Assembly: GCF_964204865.1 (NCBI RefSeq)
Contig: NC_135255.1
Location: forward strand, 15,004,001 to 15,068,000
DNA: 64,000 nucleotides
DNA from: Styela clava
Lineage: Eukaryota
Direction: 5' to 3'
Part shown: positions 36,579 through 49,291 of the stretch, in pieces
Numbering within the stretch: position 1 is the stretch's first letter
Layout: each line of letters begins with the position of its first letter
Position numbers and translations under genes: made by a program
Notes under the pieces: model-generated
What the model was told of the DNA's origin: nothing
The model's database searches: none
What the model saw: the letters and a program-made list of their open reading frames with translations, nothing else

Positions 36579-38246
36579 TTGCATTTGCACCATATACTAT
36601 AGTGTTGTGCATTTATAGAGCATGCTTATTATTTTTGACCAAAATGCACTTTTCATAATTGATCAACAAATTTTTCCAGTCGACAGCGAAACTATATATA
36701 TTGTGATTTAACACGGTTTTTAGGAAAAATCCTTGGTTTGCTCATCGAACTGTTGCAATATTAAAATATTTAATGTCCTCAGGTCTTTCAAGATCGGCAG
36801 TGCGAGTACCCAATATCAGCTCGGTGTAGGTGGCTATTCTGGTGATGCTACGGATGCCATGTCCCAAAAAAACGGAATGAAATTCTCAACAAAAGATAAG
36901 GATCACGACACTTGGAGCAAAAATCGCGCTGTATCCCACACATTTATCCAATCTTAATGGAAAATACTATAAAGGTGGTACACACTCTTCTTATGGTGAT
37001 AGGGTCAATTGGTATGGATGAAGAAGATATCTTTATTCCCTCAAATTTACGGAGATGAAAATTTGACCAACTGCATAAAGTGGGAGAAAGATGAAATGCT
37101 GAAAAATTGTTTCCAAACAATATTTTGATATTTTCTTTCAATTTCCAATACATATACAGAAAACACAGGAGGGTGGCAGACAATACTGGGAGCTGACTTT
37201 TCAATACGGGATGTCATCTCGCTTCCAAATGTCTGCACAGAAAATCTGGTTTTTAATTTCGTTTTCTGATTGCGATTACAGGTCTGATTTTCGTAATACT
37301 AAACCATAAATCACAAGTACTTCTGGGTTGAGGATATGTAGTGTGAAGTCTTAATATCGACATACATATACGTGTGTTCAAATCATTAAATTTTTCTCAA
37401 TCTTAATGCATTCATGATATATGAGCTGATATGAACAGACAATATAGGTGCAAGGGGTGATTTGGTGTATGCAAACCAACAGCCAACAGACGTTTTTTTT
37501 TGTTTTTATACATCTGCAGAGATAGACTATCTAAATAGTGAATGATTTTGACAAGAAGGTTATAATAACTTCATTCAGAAACATAAGCAAAATCGTAATA
37601 TATACGATATATCACATATATATCACGGAAAATATAATTCAAAATTTGTATTACATATAAATCAACATCAAAGACAGCAACCTACTGCTACTACATCTAC
37701 TTGTTGCTTGCATGAAACTTTGGTGAGAATATCGAATTATAATCAGACAAAAAAGATCGATATGTAACGATTTGATAAATCGTTGTTGAAATTGCTTTTG
37801 TTGTGAGTCTCATTATTGTAATGGTTGTTTATGGGTTGGTAAAAAGTTGCTTTTCTACGCAATTTTTCAGTGTAGGCGACTTAATAATAGAATAAGTCGA
37901 AAGAGGGCTATTACATTTACTTGTAATTCAACAACTAAAGACATGGACAATAATTTCATCTCATATTGCCATCAAACTGAGGCATATTTTGTATTTTCCA
38001 TTTATATAGCTATTCCAGAACGATTAAGTAAAGCTGACTAAATGTAATATGGCATGGATCAAATGATTGTCTCAATGCAATACCACACAAATCCAATTCT
38101 CCGATTCTAAGATTTCCGATATTTAGTTAAATTTGTCTTGCCGTTGCAATAAGGTAATTAGGTTCAATATACCAAGTTAACGTAGTCATTACTTCCGTTT
38201 ATATATATTTGAGAAATGTTCTCTTTATCAGAAACAGCATTTATTG

Positions 38247-41200
38247 TTACAATTTTCTTTCCATATAATGCATATCAATACCAGGGAGCACAAACAGTAG
38301 GGGCAACTTGATTATTCTCGTGGTAATAAATCCATAAGTTTGATACATCGAAATAGCAGGCATTTGCAGCTCAGTGCAATCTAGTATTATTCGATTGTAG
38401 CTCAATTCAGAAGCTTCATTTACGGCATGTGCGAGCAATTTTCTTCCGATTCCTCTTTTTCTGAAGTTTGATGACACTGACATTCTCTATAAAAAAAATA
38501 ATGCAACACCATCACATTGAAGACAATATACTAGCATACTCGCGTTTAGAAGTTAATCAGGAATACCAGAGATAATTCAGGATAGCAATATACAAAACGA
38601 GATAGCGATCGGAGGCCGCCGACTTATCGAACTAGCGGCGTGTATCCTTCGCTCTGACTCAGTAGCGACACCGCGTGTCGCATCACCAATTAATTAATAA
38701 CTCGCTAATTATACGACATGATTCATTCAGAATCAATAGGTTTCTGGTCCGAGATATGATGAATGCACATGCAAAATTTGGTTCAACCTCGCTTTCGTGA
38801 GATATCGCGTGTATCTAACAGACAGACAGACAGAAAAACAAACAGACAATTACCTATTAACAAATACCGATCAAGATCGATAAGTAACGAGGACATGTGA
38901 TTGCACGAGTCAAATACAACTTGGTAAATTATGTCGTTGGACGCTGTCACTTTGTAATTTTGTTTCAACTAAATTTTCTCAGTCTTATTTAGATTTTTTA
39001 GCAACTTACTTTTAATTCGACAATTGCTATTGATTGAGTATTAGAAACGTTTTCATGTAGAGTTCTCAAAGCAACTGTCCCGACTATAAACGTTTCATAA
39101 TTTTGTATGTGTTCCATCACCCAAAATCTAACGTATCGCTTTTGGATTTTATCAAAATCATTGACATCGTTGATCTGAAGCTGGATTTCCATGATAAACT
39201 GCATGGAGACTTGAAAAAAAATAAAGGTGCTGTAAATAATTTCAAAGCAAAAATAAAATTAATGGAAAGGTAAATTTGAAATACGACATTTCGACTTTCT
39301 CATTCATGTTAGCCTTAAACATTTTTGAACGAATCAATAAGAATCAAAATTTAAAGTTTTAACCATAAAATACTTTTAAAAAACACAACCAACTATTCAC
39401 TAAGTATACAGTATTGGACCCTGATGTCAAATTTGCTAAGATGGCCGAGCTGTACAAATTTATATTCTAAATTATACATGTGTAATTGAAGAAGAAATAC
39501 AGTTTTATTAGATTTTTATCTGCGCAATTTGATATTTTCTTTTTTACTTTTTACATCTAAACCGTTCACTTTAACTTTCTAAGTCTTCTATATATATATA
39601 TTAACAAAATCTTTCAAACAATATACAGTTGTTCCAACAGAAACATTAATAAATGTTTGTCACTCACTTGCAACAAACAAAATAAGCATCTGAATCACCA
39701 ATGAAATTATGATATTTCCGTCAAATATTGCCGTGAACATTACTGTAAGCAGAGTTATGATGCCCTGTTTAAAAATTACACAGAAAATTAGTTTATTATG
39801 TAAAATACTAATTTGGTTCATTCAGGGGCGGATTAAGCCCTCTGATGCCCCCTCATGTGTAATTTAATCATAATAACAATAAACCACATAAGTGTATTAT
39901 TATCCATTAAAAATAATCACAACCAACAGTAAATGAGGGAGTGTGACAATAAAGATTCATGCCTCCAGTCTCAACGTGAATTGAAATACCAAAGGATACA
40001 AGTCACAACTGTAGTTTGAACTTTTACCGGTACCTAGTAGTCTACCTCAGAGTGGTTCAAGGTTGCTAGGTTGAAATACCGCAAAAAATTTTGAGGTGGT
40101 CTCGCGGGCCGCAAGTCGAAGAAAACCCAAAAGGGATCGAAATATCGCGAGTTTACTTACTTTAAATTTAATAAACAACGAAAGTTTACCGTTCTAATCA
40201 GACTATTATTATGTTGTATTGGTGGCGTTCTTTTAAAGAAGATTTATAAAGCCTTCAGTTATTTTAGAGGTAATTCCCGAGAATTACAGTTGTATTTTGC
40301 GCATCTCGCGTTTAATGTCGCTTCAAATTATATTCTTTCGTGACAGATATTACTTGAAATCAAACCAGACACTGTGTGATGGGCAAGGAAATACGTTTCC
40401 GACGTGTTTTCCCTATGTCCCCTTTCTTGCGACACTCATTTAAGTTGGTATTTCGGGACCTAGCTAAAAAATACTGGATTGCGCGGCGTTAATTCGGCTC
40501 TGCGTTTCATCACTACTGTCACATGGCCGACGCTTGTAAACAGAGGAGTGTTTTTTTTTCAATAAAGGCACAAAGCGTTAGAAAAAAGGATTTTAATCTC
40601 GGGATCCCAACCCCAGTTGGGTTAGCTAAAAAAAACTCAAAAAAGTTCATCTATTAGATACAAATATACGCTAAAATTGTTCTGTGAGCCGCACAGAATG
40701 TATCAGCATGACAGGGTTTGGACCACCCTGGTCTACCTTTTCAAAAAACTCCGGACTTCGCTGACCACTAGATCGTTGAAATGCGATCGTGGAACCGCCA
40801 CATAGTGTAAATAGTTTATTGGTCCAATTGTTGGAGAGAAAGAAAATTTTTTTAAAACAAAATGCAGCAACAAGGTGAATACTAGAAAAAAATATCTATA
40901 TATAAGAAAACGACTCATAGGCCCATTTCGTGTCCAAGAAATAAGTTTCATTGTTTATTTTTATTAAAGAATTTTAATATGATACTTGAAGACGAAAAAT
41001 AAGCGAACATTTTGAAGTTTGAGTCGTCTGGTGAACTCGTAATATTTTAATAAACACCGATAAACTATATAAAATTCTGCTCTTAAATTTCTTTGGTGCC
41101 CCTCTTTGCTTGGTGCCCTAAGCACGTGCTTATATTGTTGAATGGTTAATCCGGCTGGGTTCATTGTTAGTTCGGCTTTGAATCTCGCCGCAATAAATAT

Positions 41201-41563
41201 TTATTGGCCTTTAGCAAATACTTGCTGCGCCTCAGTCACATATATGTTATATAAAACTTTTAGATATCTGAATGGTAACTTGTAACACTTCTAGCAGTGC
41301 CGTTTGACTAAGTTGAAGTATTGTGATTAATTTTAGTTATCGTACCAGAAGCATTAGCAAATGACTTTGAATTCTACATTGATAAATGCCATCAGAAATG
41401 AAATTACGCAATTAAAAATTAATATTACCAGAACATTCCGATTTTTCCAGCATAGTATTTTCAATAAAGTGTAAAATTTTTTGTAAAGCCCGTTTCTAAT
41501 AATTTTCCTGACTTTGAAGAGGTCTTCTCTTTGTAATTCGCGAATTCGGAATTCTTGGTTCAT
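38247..41563 (-). CDS. NAT8/camello-like GNAT N-acetyltransferase, ~223 aa, apparently intact
   Basis: Exons 41429-41563, 39668-39764, 39010-39209 and 38247-38486. Motifs RFWVME, IVGTVAL, VELKRMSV, FRKRGIG, AISMYQTYGF. Confidence 0.88.
38594..38889 (-). mobile_element. Helentron-associated (HINE-like) element in NAT intron 3
   Basis: Reverse-complement copy of 17203-17502 with the same subterminal repeats and microsatellite. Confidence 0.7.
39823..41157. mobile_element. Non-autonomous hAT element with 8-bp TSD GGTTCATT
   Basis: Ends CAGGGGCGGATTAA...TTAATCCGGCTG, TSD at 39815-39822 and 41158-41165. The same right end recurs at ~10849-10898. Confidence 0.8.
40048..40730. mobile_element. Nested non-autonomous hAT element with 8-bp TSD GTCTACCT
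   Basis: Ends CAGAGTGGTTCAA...TTGGACCACCCTG, TSD at 40040-40047 and 40731-40738. Confidence 0.8.
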
Positions 41564-41755
41564 AGTAGATAACTTCATACAGTTGACCAGCAGCAGGAGA
41601 ATTTACATAAATCCTACTTCAACAAACTTTGTATTTTCTATCCGATTAAAATCACATTTCGTTCCTGGTTTGTTCGTAATATATGTGTTACAATTGCGAA
41701 CATAGTTATACATTTCATTTTCAGAATTACTATAATCGTATTAGAAAAAAACATT

Positions 41756-42522
41756 TACCGTATTTCCCGGCGAATGAGTCTACCCGGTGAATAAGACGAG
41801 GCCCGTTTTTAAGCCTGAAGAGATGGCTTTTCGCATATAAACTGCCAATAAGACGAGTAGTAAAATCGCATAAACATCGGAATCTCAAATTACCATGCAG
41901 AGGCTTTTGAGCGGTCGCCGCCTTTGCGCATTGGTTAAAATAGCCTATAATGACTTTTCATGTATCGTAGTATTCAATCCATAACAACTAAGAGAATTCA
42001 AACTGTCTTTCAATTACAATCTAATTGTGTTCAACCTAACTCGCGATTGCGTGCACCCTGTAATAACTCTACTGATTTAAAACAACACCGCAATGATGAA
42101 AACGTGGGGATGCTATCGCCGAAGGTATTTGGTATTTTATGGTACGAATCGAATAATAAAGCGACACCAAAAAAATTATCATACTTGTTTAATAAGACGA
42201 CCCCCCAAAATCAGGCCAAAAATTTGTACTATGGATATCTATGTAGTGTGAATGCATCAGTATATCATTATCACAGGCTTGTCCATGGGAATCCCATGGG
42301 AAACGTGCCATAATACTTTTTCAAATTTTATATATACCCATAGTTCGTGCAGATCATCGTTGATCACTTTTATTATCTCTTTGAAATCCTTTCCTTCTCG
42401 TCAAACAATTTCCCAATTTTTTTTTAACATTTCCCAATTGAAATATATATATATATAAGTAAATATATACTTTTTTTTTTTTTAACAAAAAATTGATCTT
42501 GCGTCTTATAAGCCGCGTACGG
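41756..42522. mobile_element. Tc1/pogo-like MITE, apparently interrupted
   Basis: TACCGTATTTCCCGGCG left end, repeated AATAAGACG motifs, inverted CGTCTTAT...TACGG at ~42502-42522. Confidence 0.5.
42318..42410 (-). pseudogene. Highly degraded NAT8-like exon 1 fragment (7741/23702 subtype)
   Basis: CATAGTTCGTGCAGATCATCGTTGATCACTTTTATTATCTCTTTGAAATCCTT aligns with 9321-9373 (CATAGTCCGTACAAGTTGTCGCTGATCATTTTTATTGTTTCGTCAAAATCCTT). Confidence 0.6.
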
Positions 42523-44808
42523 ATCAGGTAGCGCTATATTGCCTATACTCAAAAACCAGTACCAGTACCTATTGCGCCCTATGTATGAACAAAAAGCAAA
42601 TTTAAGAAATTTATGGTCCATAAAAGAGATGGCGGACATCGGTACGCAGTATGTGTACCAGGCTAGGGTTAGGCTAATTTTCCTTATTTTAAGTTCTATT
42701 ACGAGTTCGGGACTAGCCAAGTGACTCCCGTAGTATTTGTACCTGAAATTATAGCCTAACCCTAACCGGGTACACATACTACGTTAGGGTATCCGCCACC
42801 TTAGTTCACATGCTTCGGGGGTACCCCATAAAATACGTTATATATATACTTCAACTGTTTCTTCCTCCTAGCATCTAAGGTCGTGCGCAACTTATGTTCG
42901 CAAACTAACATATAATTCACCAACTAGTAACTACAAGCGGCCATTGTTTGACGAGTAACAACATTACCTTGTTAAATATATTTAATATATACTGTACTTG
43001 ACTTTGCTTGATAATTTACCTGTAAACATTTAACAACGGAAGAATACGTTTGAAATACAATGTGAAAGAATAGGAGTCATTTTATTACTAGGCACGATGT
43101 GTCCCTGTGGACCGTTTGGCGACAATGTTGTTACTGATAGACATAAAATCGCTTCTCAACGGCACAGCCAACCTTTTTATTAGTCGTTGCAGTTCAACTC
43201 CAAATTTTGCGGAGAAAGTGTATCATCATCACGAAAATGTTTCACATATTTAAGCGAGCCTTCTCACAAGGAATTCATTTGCTAGCCGTGATATAAACAC
43301 TGTCTAACGCTTGTATTTCATGATTCTTTTGGCATTTCATGAAAAGGTTCAAAGGGAATTCGTAAAATAAATTTTATGTGGCATCCAATTTTGAAATGCC
43401 ATAAAATTTTGGTCTATCAATTTGTGGCTTACTGAAATTTGAAAACTATTTTCAGTAAAGGATAAATGTTACCTAGTATTTGATAAAAACTGATAATAAA
43501 GTTCTCAAAGTTGAACTTTTATAGTTTGACATTTAGATTCGCGATGCATGCACTATCAGTTGTGTGTGTACTTATTCTTACCCAAGTTTGGACATTTTGT
43601 ATTTTTACAATATCAACGTCGAGGCTATAAAGATTTAAGATAACTCAAATCAATTTTTTTTTGTTCACCTACTTTACTTGCCTTACTTTTGTTTTCATAC
43701 TCAGACTTACGTAACTTTACTCTTACTTCATTGCAAATTCTGAAAATGGAAACGAAAACATAATATACTATATATATATATATATATGTCATATTTATTA
43801 TGTTTAATATTGTTTTTTAAAAATAATTCAGAAAATTTTTTCAGCAATTTATTAATTTCAAATGTTCTTAAGAATCCCGTGATAAAATATTATCTGAGAA
43901 ATATTCTCCTGTTGCACATAGACATTGATTGATATACTGCCTGAAACATGCTTTTACGGGGATTATATCTCTGGAGCATGTTGGGCATAATTGACGGAAA
44001 CCCACAATTCCAAGCACTGGCATAGTAATATCTATATATAAACTGTACAAATGAGCAATTTACCAAAATTACAAATTATTTATAAATTACTACCGAATAA
44101 ACTACCTTAAAAGAGGATGTATGACGCTGAAAATTATTGACCTCAAAAGTTGTTTCCCAATTCAACCTTTCTGATAACATAAATAGAGTACTTGCTTGAT
44201 TTTGCTGAATATTCGAACACTTTGATTGTTGGAAAAATGTCAGTCGAGTAATTTCTGATAAATTATCACAAATTTAGTACCAAAGTCTTTTATCCCGCAT
44301 AATCAAGCAGATTGCAGTTGAAAAAATATGTTCCTCCTCTTTGAGTAAATGAAATTTTGTCCAAAATTGTAGAATACGATAAGCATAAGTACATTTTTCT
44401 TTGCCTATACATGAGGTCAAGATTTTTTTGAACATCGATTCTTCTCGGTTCTTCTGTGACTTGTTCGCTATCGTCGATAAAACCTTTTAACGACGAAGAT
44501 TTGGTTTTCTTCCCCCAGGTAAATCCGACAGTGGAAAATTGACTAAAGTTACTGTCTAATGCTGAAATATATAGCAGGTTCTGGCTCCACGATTTGAACG
44601 AATTAGCGGTCTCGAACGTACTAAGTTGCCATTGTTTTGGAACTTGAGTGAAATTCGTTCTCAGCGCATGCCACCGCGCAATTAAATAACTAAACTCTTC
44701 TGTCTCGTGTCGTGGACAGACAACATATGTCCAACAGTTGTCAAGACTCGAATGCATTGTCGTAAACAAATTCACCCAACTACGAATCAAGTAATCATGG
44801 ACATCATT

Positions 44809-46591
44809 TTATTTGTACAACTTCATTTCCATATAATGCACATTTATACCAGGAAGCACAAATAATAGGGGTTTGTTTATGATTCTCGTGGTAATAAATC
44901 CTTGAGTTCGATACATGGAAATAGCAGGCATTTGCATCTCAGTGCAATCTAGTATTATCCGATTGAAGCCCAAGGCAGCAGCTTCATCTACAGCATGTGC
45001 GAGCAATGTCCTTCCCATTCCTCTTTTTCTGAACTTTGGTGATACAGACATTCTCTATAAAATAAAATACTGCAGATACATACTCAATATCATAGCATAA
45101 TTACGGTTGGAAGGCCTGATACTCCGTTGCCTGTATACAGACATAATCCGTGGTAACTTTATTTAACGCCGACATGTATTTTCAGGAAACAAAAACAACC
45201 ACGTTAGAAATCATGTCAACAATTGTTTCGTTGAAATCAAGGAATAGATTCCCAGCAATATATTTTTCTTTGAAAATTTTTGCAGAAACGAACATACGAT
45301 TATATGCAGGGAAAATGGTAGTTAGTATGCATTTGCATATAATCTAGGTTTTGTGCATTCTTTGTAGGCCTTGTCACTTTTCACGCGACTGAAGTTAGGA
45401 ATTTTTAGGATTAGTTTAGGAATTAGTAATATATCTCCGACCAAGTTAGCGTTTCATTTGACCTAAATGATTTTATTGAACTATCTTGAAAGCAAATTAC
45501 TTTCAATTCAACAGTTGATATTGGTTGGCGATTGGTGACGTCTTCTTGAGCTTTTAAAGCAACTGTCCCGACTATAAACGTTCCATATTTTTGTATATGT
45601 TCCATCACCCAAAATTTTACGTATCGGTTTTCCATTTCATCAAAATCATTGAGATCGTTTATCTGATGTTCTACTTCGTTGATGAATTGTAAAATGCCTT
45701 GAAAGAAACGTAATAATGTTGTAAATGATTTCCATTTCATCATAAAATTGCATAAAGGTTGAAATCGAAATCCGTTATATTTATCGCACCGATTTATCTA
45801 TACCAGTCTCGAGCATTTTTTACTTCAACAATAACACACAAAATTTAACATTTTCAACGATAACTAGGTCTTTTTAACTATAAACAAGTAGGTATTATTT
45901 GACCTGAACACTGATGGGTCGTAATTTAAAAATGGTTGGCATTGCTAAACTAGAGAAATTGCGGGTTTCGACTATATAACGTTCGGTAAAGTTCTACCTA
46001 TTCACAGCCATGCTAGAAGTGGAGGTGGAGATGTTTTATATTTTGGAACACTTGGACCAAAGGTTTGTTCCTTTATCTTCATCCACAAGTCTTTCAAGAT
46101 CTATACAATATTAATATACAGTATATATATATGTTTTCTCTTACTTGCAAGAAACCAAAAAAGTATCTGGGCGATCAAAGAAATTATGATATTCCCTTCA
46201 AATAATGCAGTGAATGTTGCTGTAATCATAGTCATGATGCCCTGTGTGAAATTATTAGATAAATTAAATCACCAGGTAGAGTAGTTAGTACAATTCGAGG
46301 AGAAGTTCAATTAGGCTAGTGACATTTTTATTCAATAATTGAAACGTAATATTAAGTTGTCGGGCATAGAGTATCAATACTTAATAACTTGCATCTTTTT
46401 TAACACGCATCGCAATTGGTAATGGTACTTGGCGATCAAATAAGAAATTATATTACCAGAACATTCCGATTTTTCCAGCATAGTATTTTCAAACCCGTTC
46501 GAAAAAGTCCGTATAGACCGTTCCTGATAATTTGCCTGGCTATGGAAAGATCTTCTCTTTGTAATTCGCGAATTCGAAATTCCTTGTTCAT
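44809..46591 (-). CDS. NAT8/camello-like GNAT N-acetyltransferase, ~224 aa, apparently intact
   Basis: Exons 46457-46591, 46145-46241, 45501-45697 and 44809-45054. Motif FRKRGMG, open frame, GT-AG. Confidence 0.88.
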
Positions 46592-47373
46592 GGTAGAAAA
46601 GGTTGCGTTTCATGTACTTATTTAACTGAAGAATACTTATACAAATCACATCCAATTTCTTCTACCGGCGAATGCGAACTCGACTAAAACACTAAACTGA
46701 GCTGTTAGACGTGGTACTTACTGAGCATCTTTATCTTAAACATGTTTCGGAATCTGCTTATTGTCAATGCATTATCGAATTGATTGCGTATTTCAGGATT
46801 GCACAATTCTAATGTTGAGATAATTGTTTAAAAAGTAAATTAAACCGATTTCGTATGTATATATTAATATCAGGAGCATTGCCAGGGAAGGGAAATTTCT
46901 AATTGCCGAGTAATACCGTAACAGTGGGTTTTCAAGAATCTTAATTAGGGACTGAGGCTACAAACTAATAAATATTGCTATGTATCTGCTATGTATGATA
47001 CACAAAAAACTTTTTCACATCTCAAAAGGAGAGTCCCTGGCTATGCCCATGATTAATATTATTACGTGGGTATAGCAAAACCTTTTCTTTGAAATCATTG
47101 TCACATTAATCCTAGTATAATTCATTTTTTTCTAGCGAGAGAGCGCTTTTTCGTATCGTACAAAGCGGTGTGTACTAAAGCATGCTTGTTTTCACAAACA
47201 CCCACAAAAACTCTAGTATGTGGTGGAAAACCTTCGCACGCAGCGACTTGGATAAGCAATTGCATTTTTGCGAATTTAAAGTAGATATATATATACTGGT
47301 ATATAGATAACACTATCAATATCGACAGACACACGTAAATTAAATGTTTCAAGATCGTATATTTTTGCTCACA

Positions 47374-49291
47374 TCAGCACATTTTTGACATAACGTACAA
47401 GTTAAATCGGAATAATCCAAACATATATTTATATTTTAACGTTTTTTTCTTTTGAAATCCAGCTCGTTTATAGACTTTCAGAGCTCGTTGTTGAACATTC
47501 CAACAATAACACACAACTTCCCTGTATTTCATTGTAGATGCGTAATCTGTGGCATGTTGCAAAAGCCGTGCACCAAGTTTTTTACCCCTCTTGCCAGGTG
47601 CAATTGACCATCTCTGAAAATGTCGAGTTAAATGATATTAACTATTAATTTGCCGCTTCATGAGCATGTTTGCAATCTTTAAAACGAAGAAATGTTCGTT
47701 TCTATTCAATATACAGCAAAATATTGAAATATTATGACGTCAGTCTTTATGACTCATATAACTTTTAAAAAAGCAATGAATTTGCGAATATCTCAAAATT
47801 TTCAACATTCAGAATTCGCGTTTATCTTCCTCGACTATAGGACTATACCTTCAACTCCAAAGTTCGTCGAGGATTCACAATATATTTTTTCATGTCATCG
47901 TCAGGTTCTCCTAGGCTTATGGATCCAACCATTTCCCAGCCTTCCGGTTCTTCCAACTCAGCTACCCAGAATTCTTCCAGATCTATCGCATCTTCTACAG
48001 ATTCATTGTCCAAATGATCCGCATCATTCTTCCAGTTTCTTTTATAAAATATTACACCTAAAACATATTAAAAATAAAACAGGAGTTTCAAATATTTTTA
48101 TAAAGAAAAAGTATTATCAGCCTAATTTTATTGAATCATATATCAATATTTTCAATATCTCATATATATTTATTGATCGTAAGTGTGGGGAATTCCTTCA
48201 TTGGCGACCTGTTAAACTGGTAGTGTTACCATGAACTAAGCTACCGTCAAACGGTGGTCATTGACAGCTCTGTCACAACAAAAAACGTGTAGGCCTTCAA
48301 AGCCTTATGTTCGTCAGTAAACTCTTCGATTAGGAATTATTTTCATTTTTTTTAGGCGGGGCACATAACTTCACTTTAATTCGGATTCCATGAACGTATT
48401 TTGTTATTGACAGATAGAATGATATGAGTTAGAAAAAGATGTTGAAATACGAAATGAATTTATCAAAACGCAATAATTATATATATATATTATTATCTCA
48501 ACGATATATGTTTATTGGATACGTAGTGGACATAACGATCGTTTCAATATTATGCTGTTGTTGTTGTTGTTCTTGTTCTTTGACACGTTTTTGAAAAGTC
48601 GCTTTTCTCTTCGAATACTGGACCAATTGCTTTGAAATTTTCAGTGGTTAAAGATAAAAATTTTCTCCAGAAGGCTATTACTTTTTTTTCGCTATGACGT
48701 CATCAAAATGATGTGACTCTACGTGTCCATATATTTGAGCATAGCTCTCTTGGTATTAATACAATTATCAATTTTTAAATATACATACCGATGGTTAGAG
48801 CCGCTATGTTCATCATCAGAAAAATCACAATAACTCCTACAACGTCTCCATGAAACAGACGAGATAAGAAAATGCCGATTGCGAATGCCGTAACCTGTAC
48901 ATTTCCAATACATGATTTAAATCTGGTATACGATAAAAAAAACTAGGCGATTGCCAGAAATTTTGACTCGATAGATTTGTTTTAGCTAATGATCGTTTCT
49001 AAAAATTCTTATTAAATATTTAATGATACATACATAACTAGAAATAAAAGAGCCAAGACTGGTGATGACGACAAGGTTTGAGAAAAAAGGCAAAGCATAT
49101 GAAAGTGGGATGAAGACCTTTATTTAAATTTGAAAGATAAATACCTGAAATCTCCAGTTCAGTAACAGTACTTTCCTCACTGCATTTTTATAATTGTCGC
49201 GATATCCAGCACTGATAATGTCCCGTGGTATGGATACATCGTCATCGTGTGTTAAATATCTAATACGATATCTCTGACTGGAATCTGCCAT
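47374..49291 (-). CDS. Divergent NAT8/camello-like GNAT N-acetyltransferase, ~233 aa, apparently intact
   Basis: Exons 49145-49291 (MADSSQRYRIRYL...), 48789-48894 (hydrophobic), 47849-48057 (FWVAE...MVGSISL...LELK) and 47374-47613 (RWSIAPGKRGKKLG...ALKVYKRAGF). Same intron positions and phases as the other copies. Confidence 0.85.

Noticed and set aside
42660-42770. TTAGGG-like telomeric motifs
   Set aside because: One or two units only, embedded in a MITE family; not an interstitial telomere array.
49035-49118. Alternative hydrophobic exon 2 for the divergent NAT
   Set aside because: It would need a ~27-nt intron and has the wrong phase; 48789-48894 matches the paralog length (106 nt) and phase.
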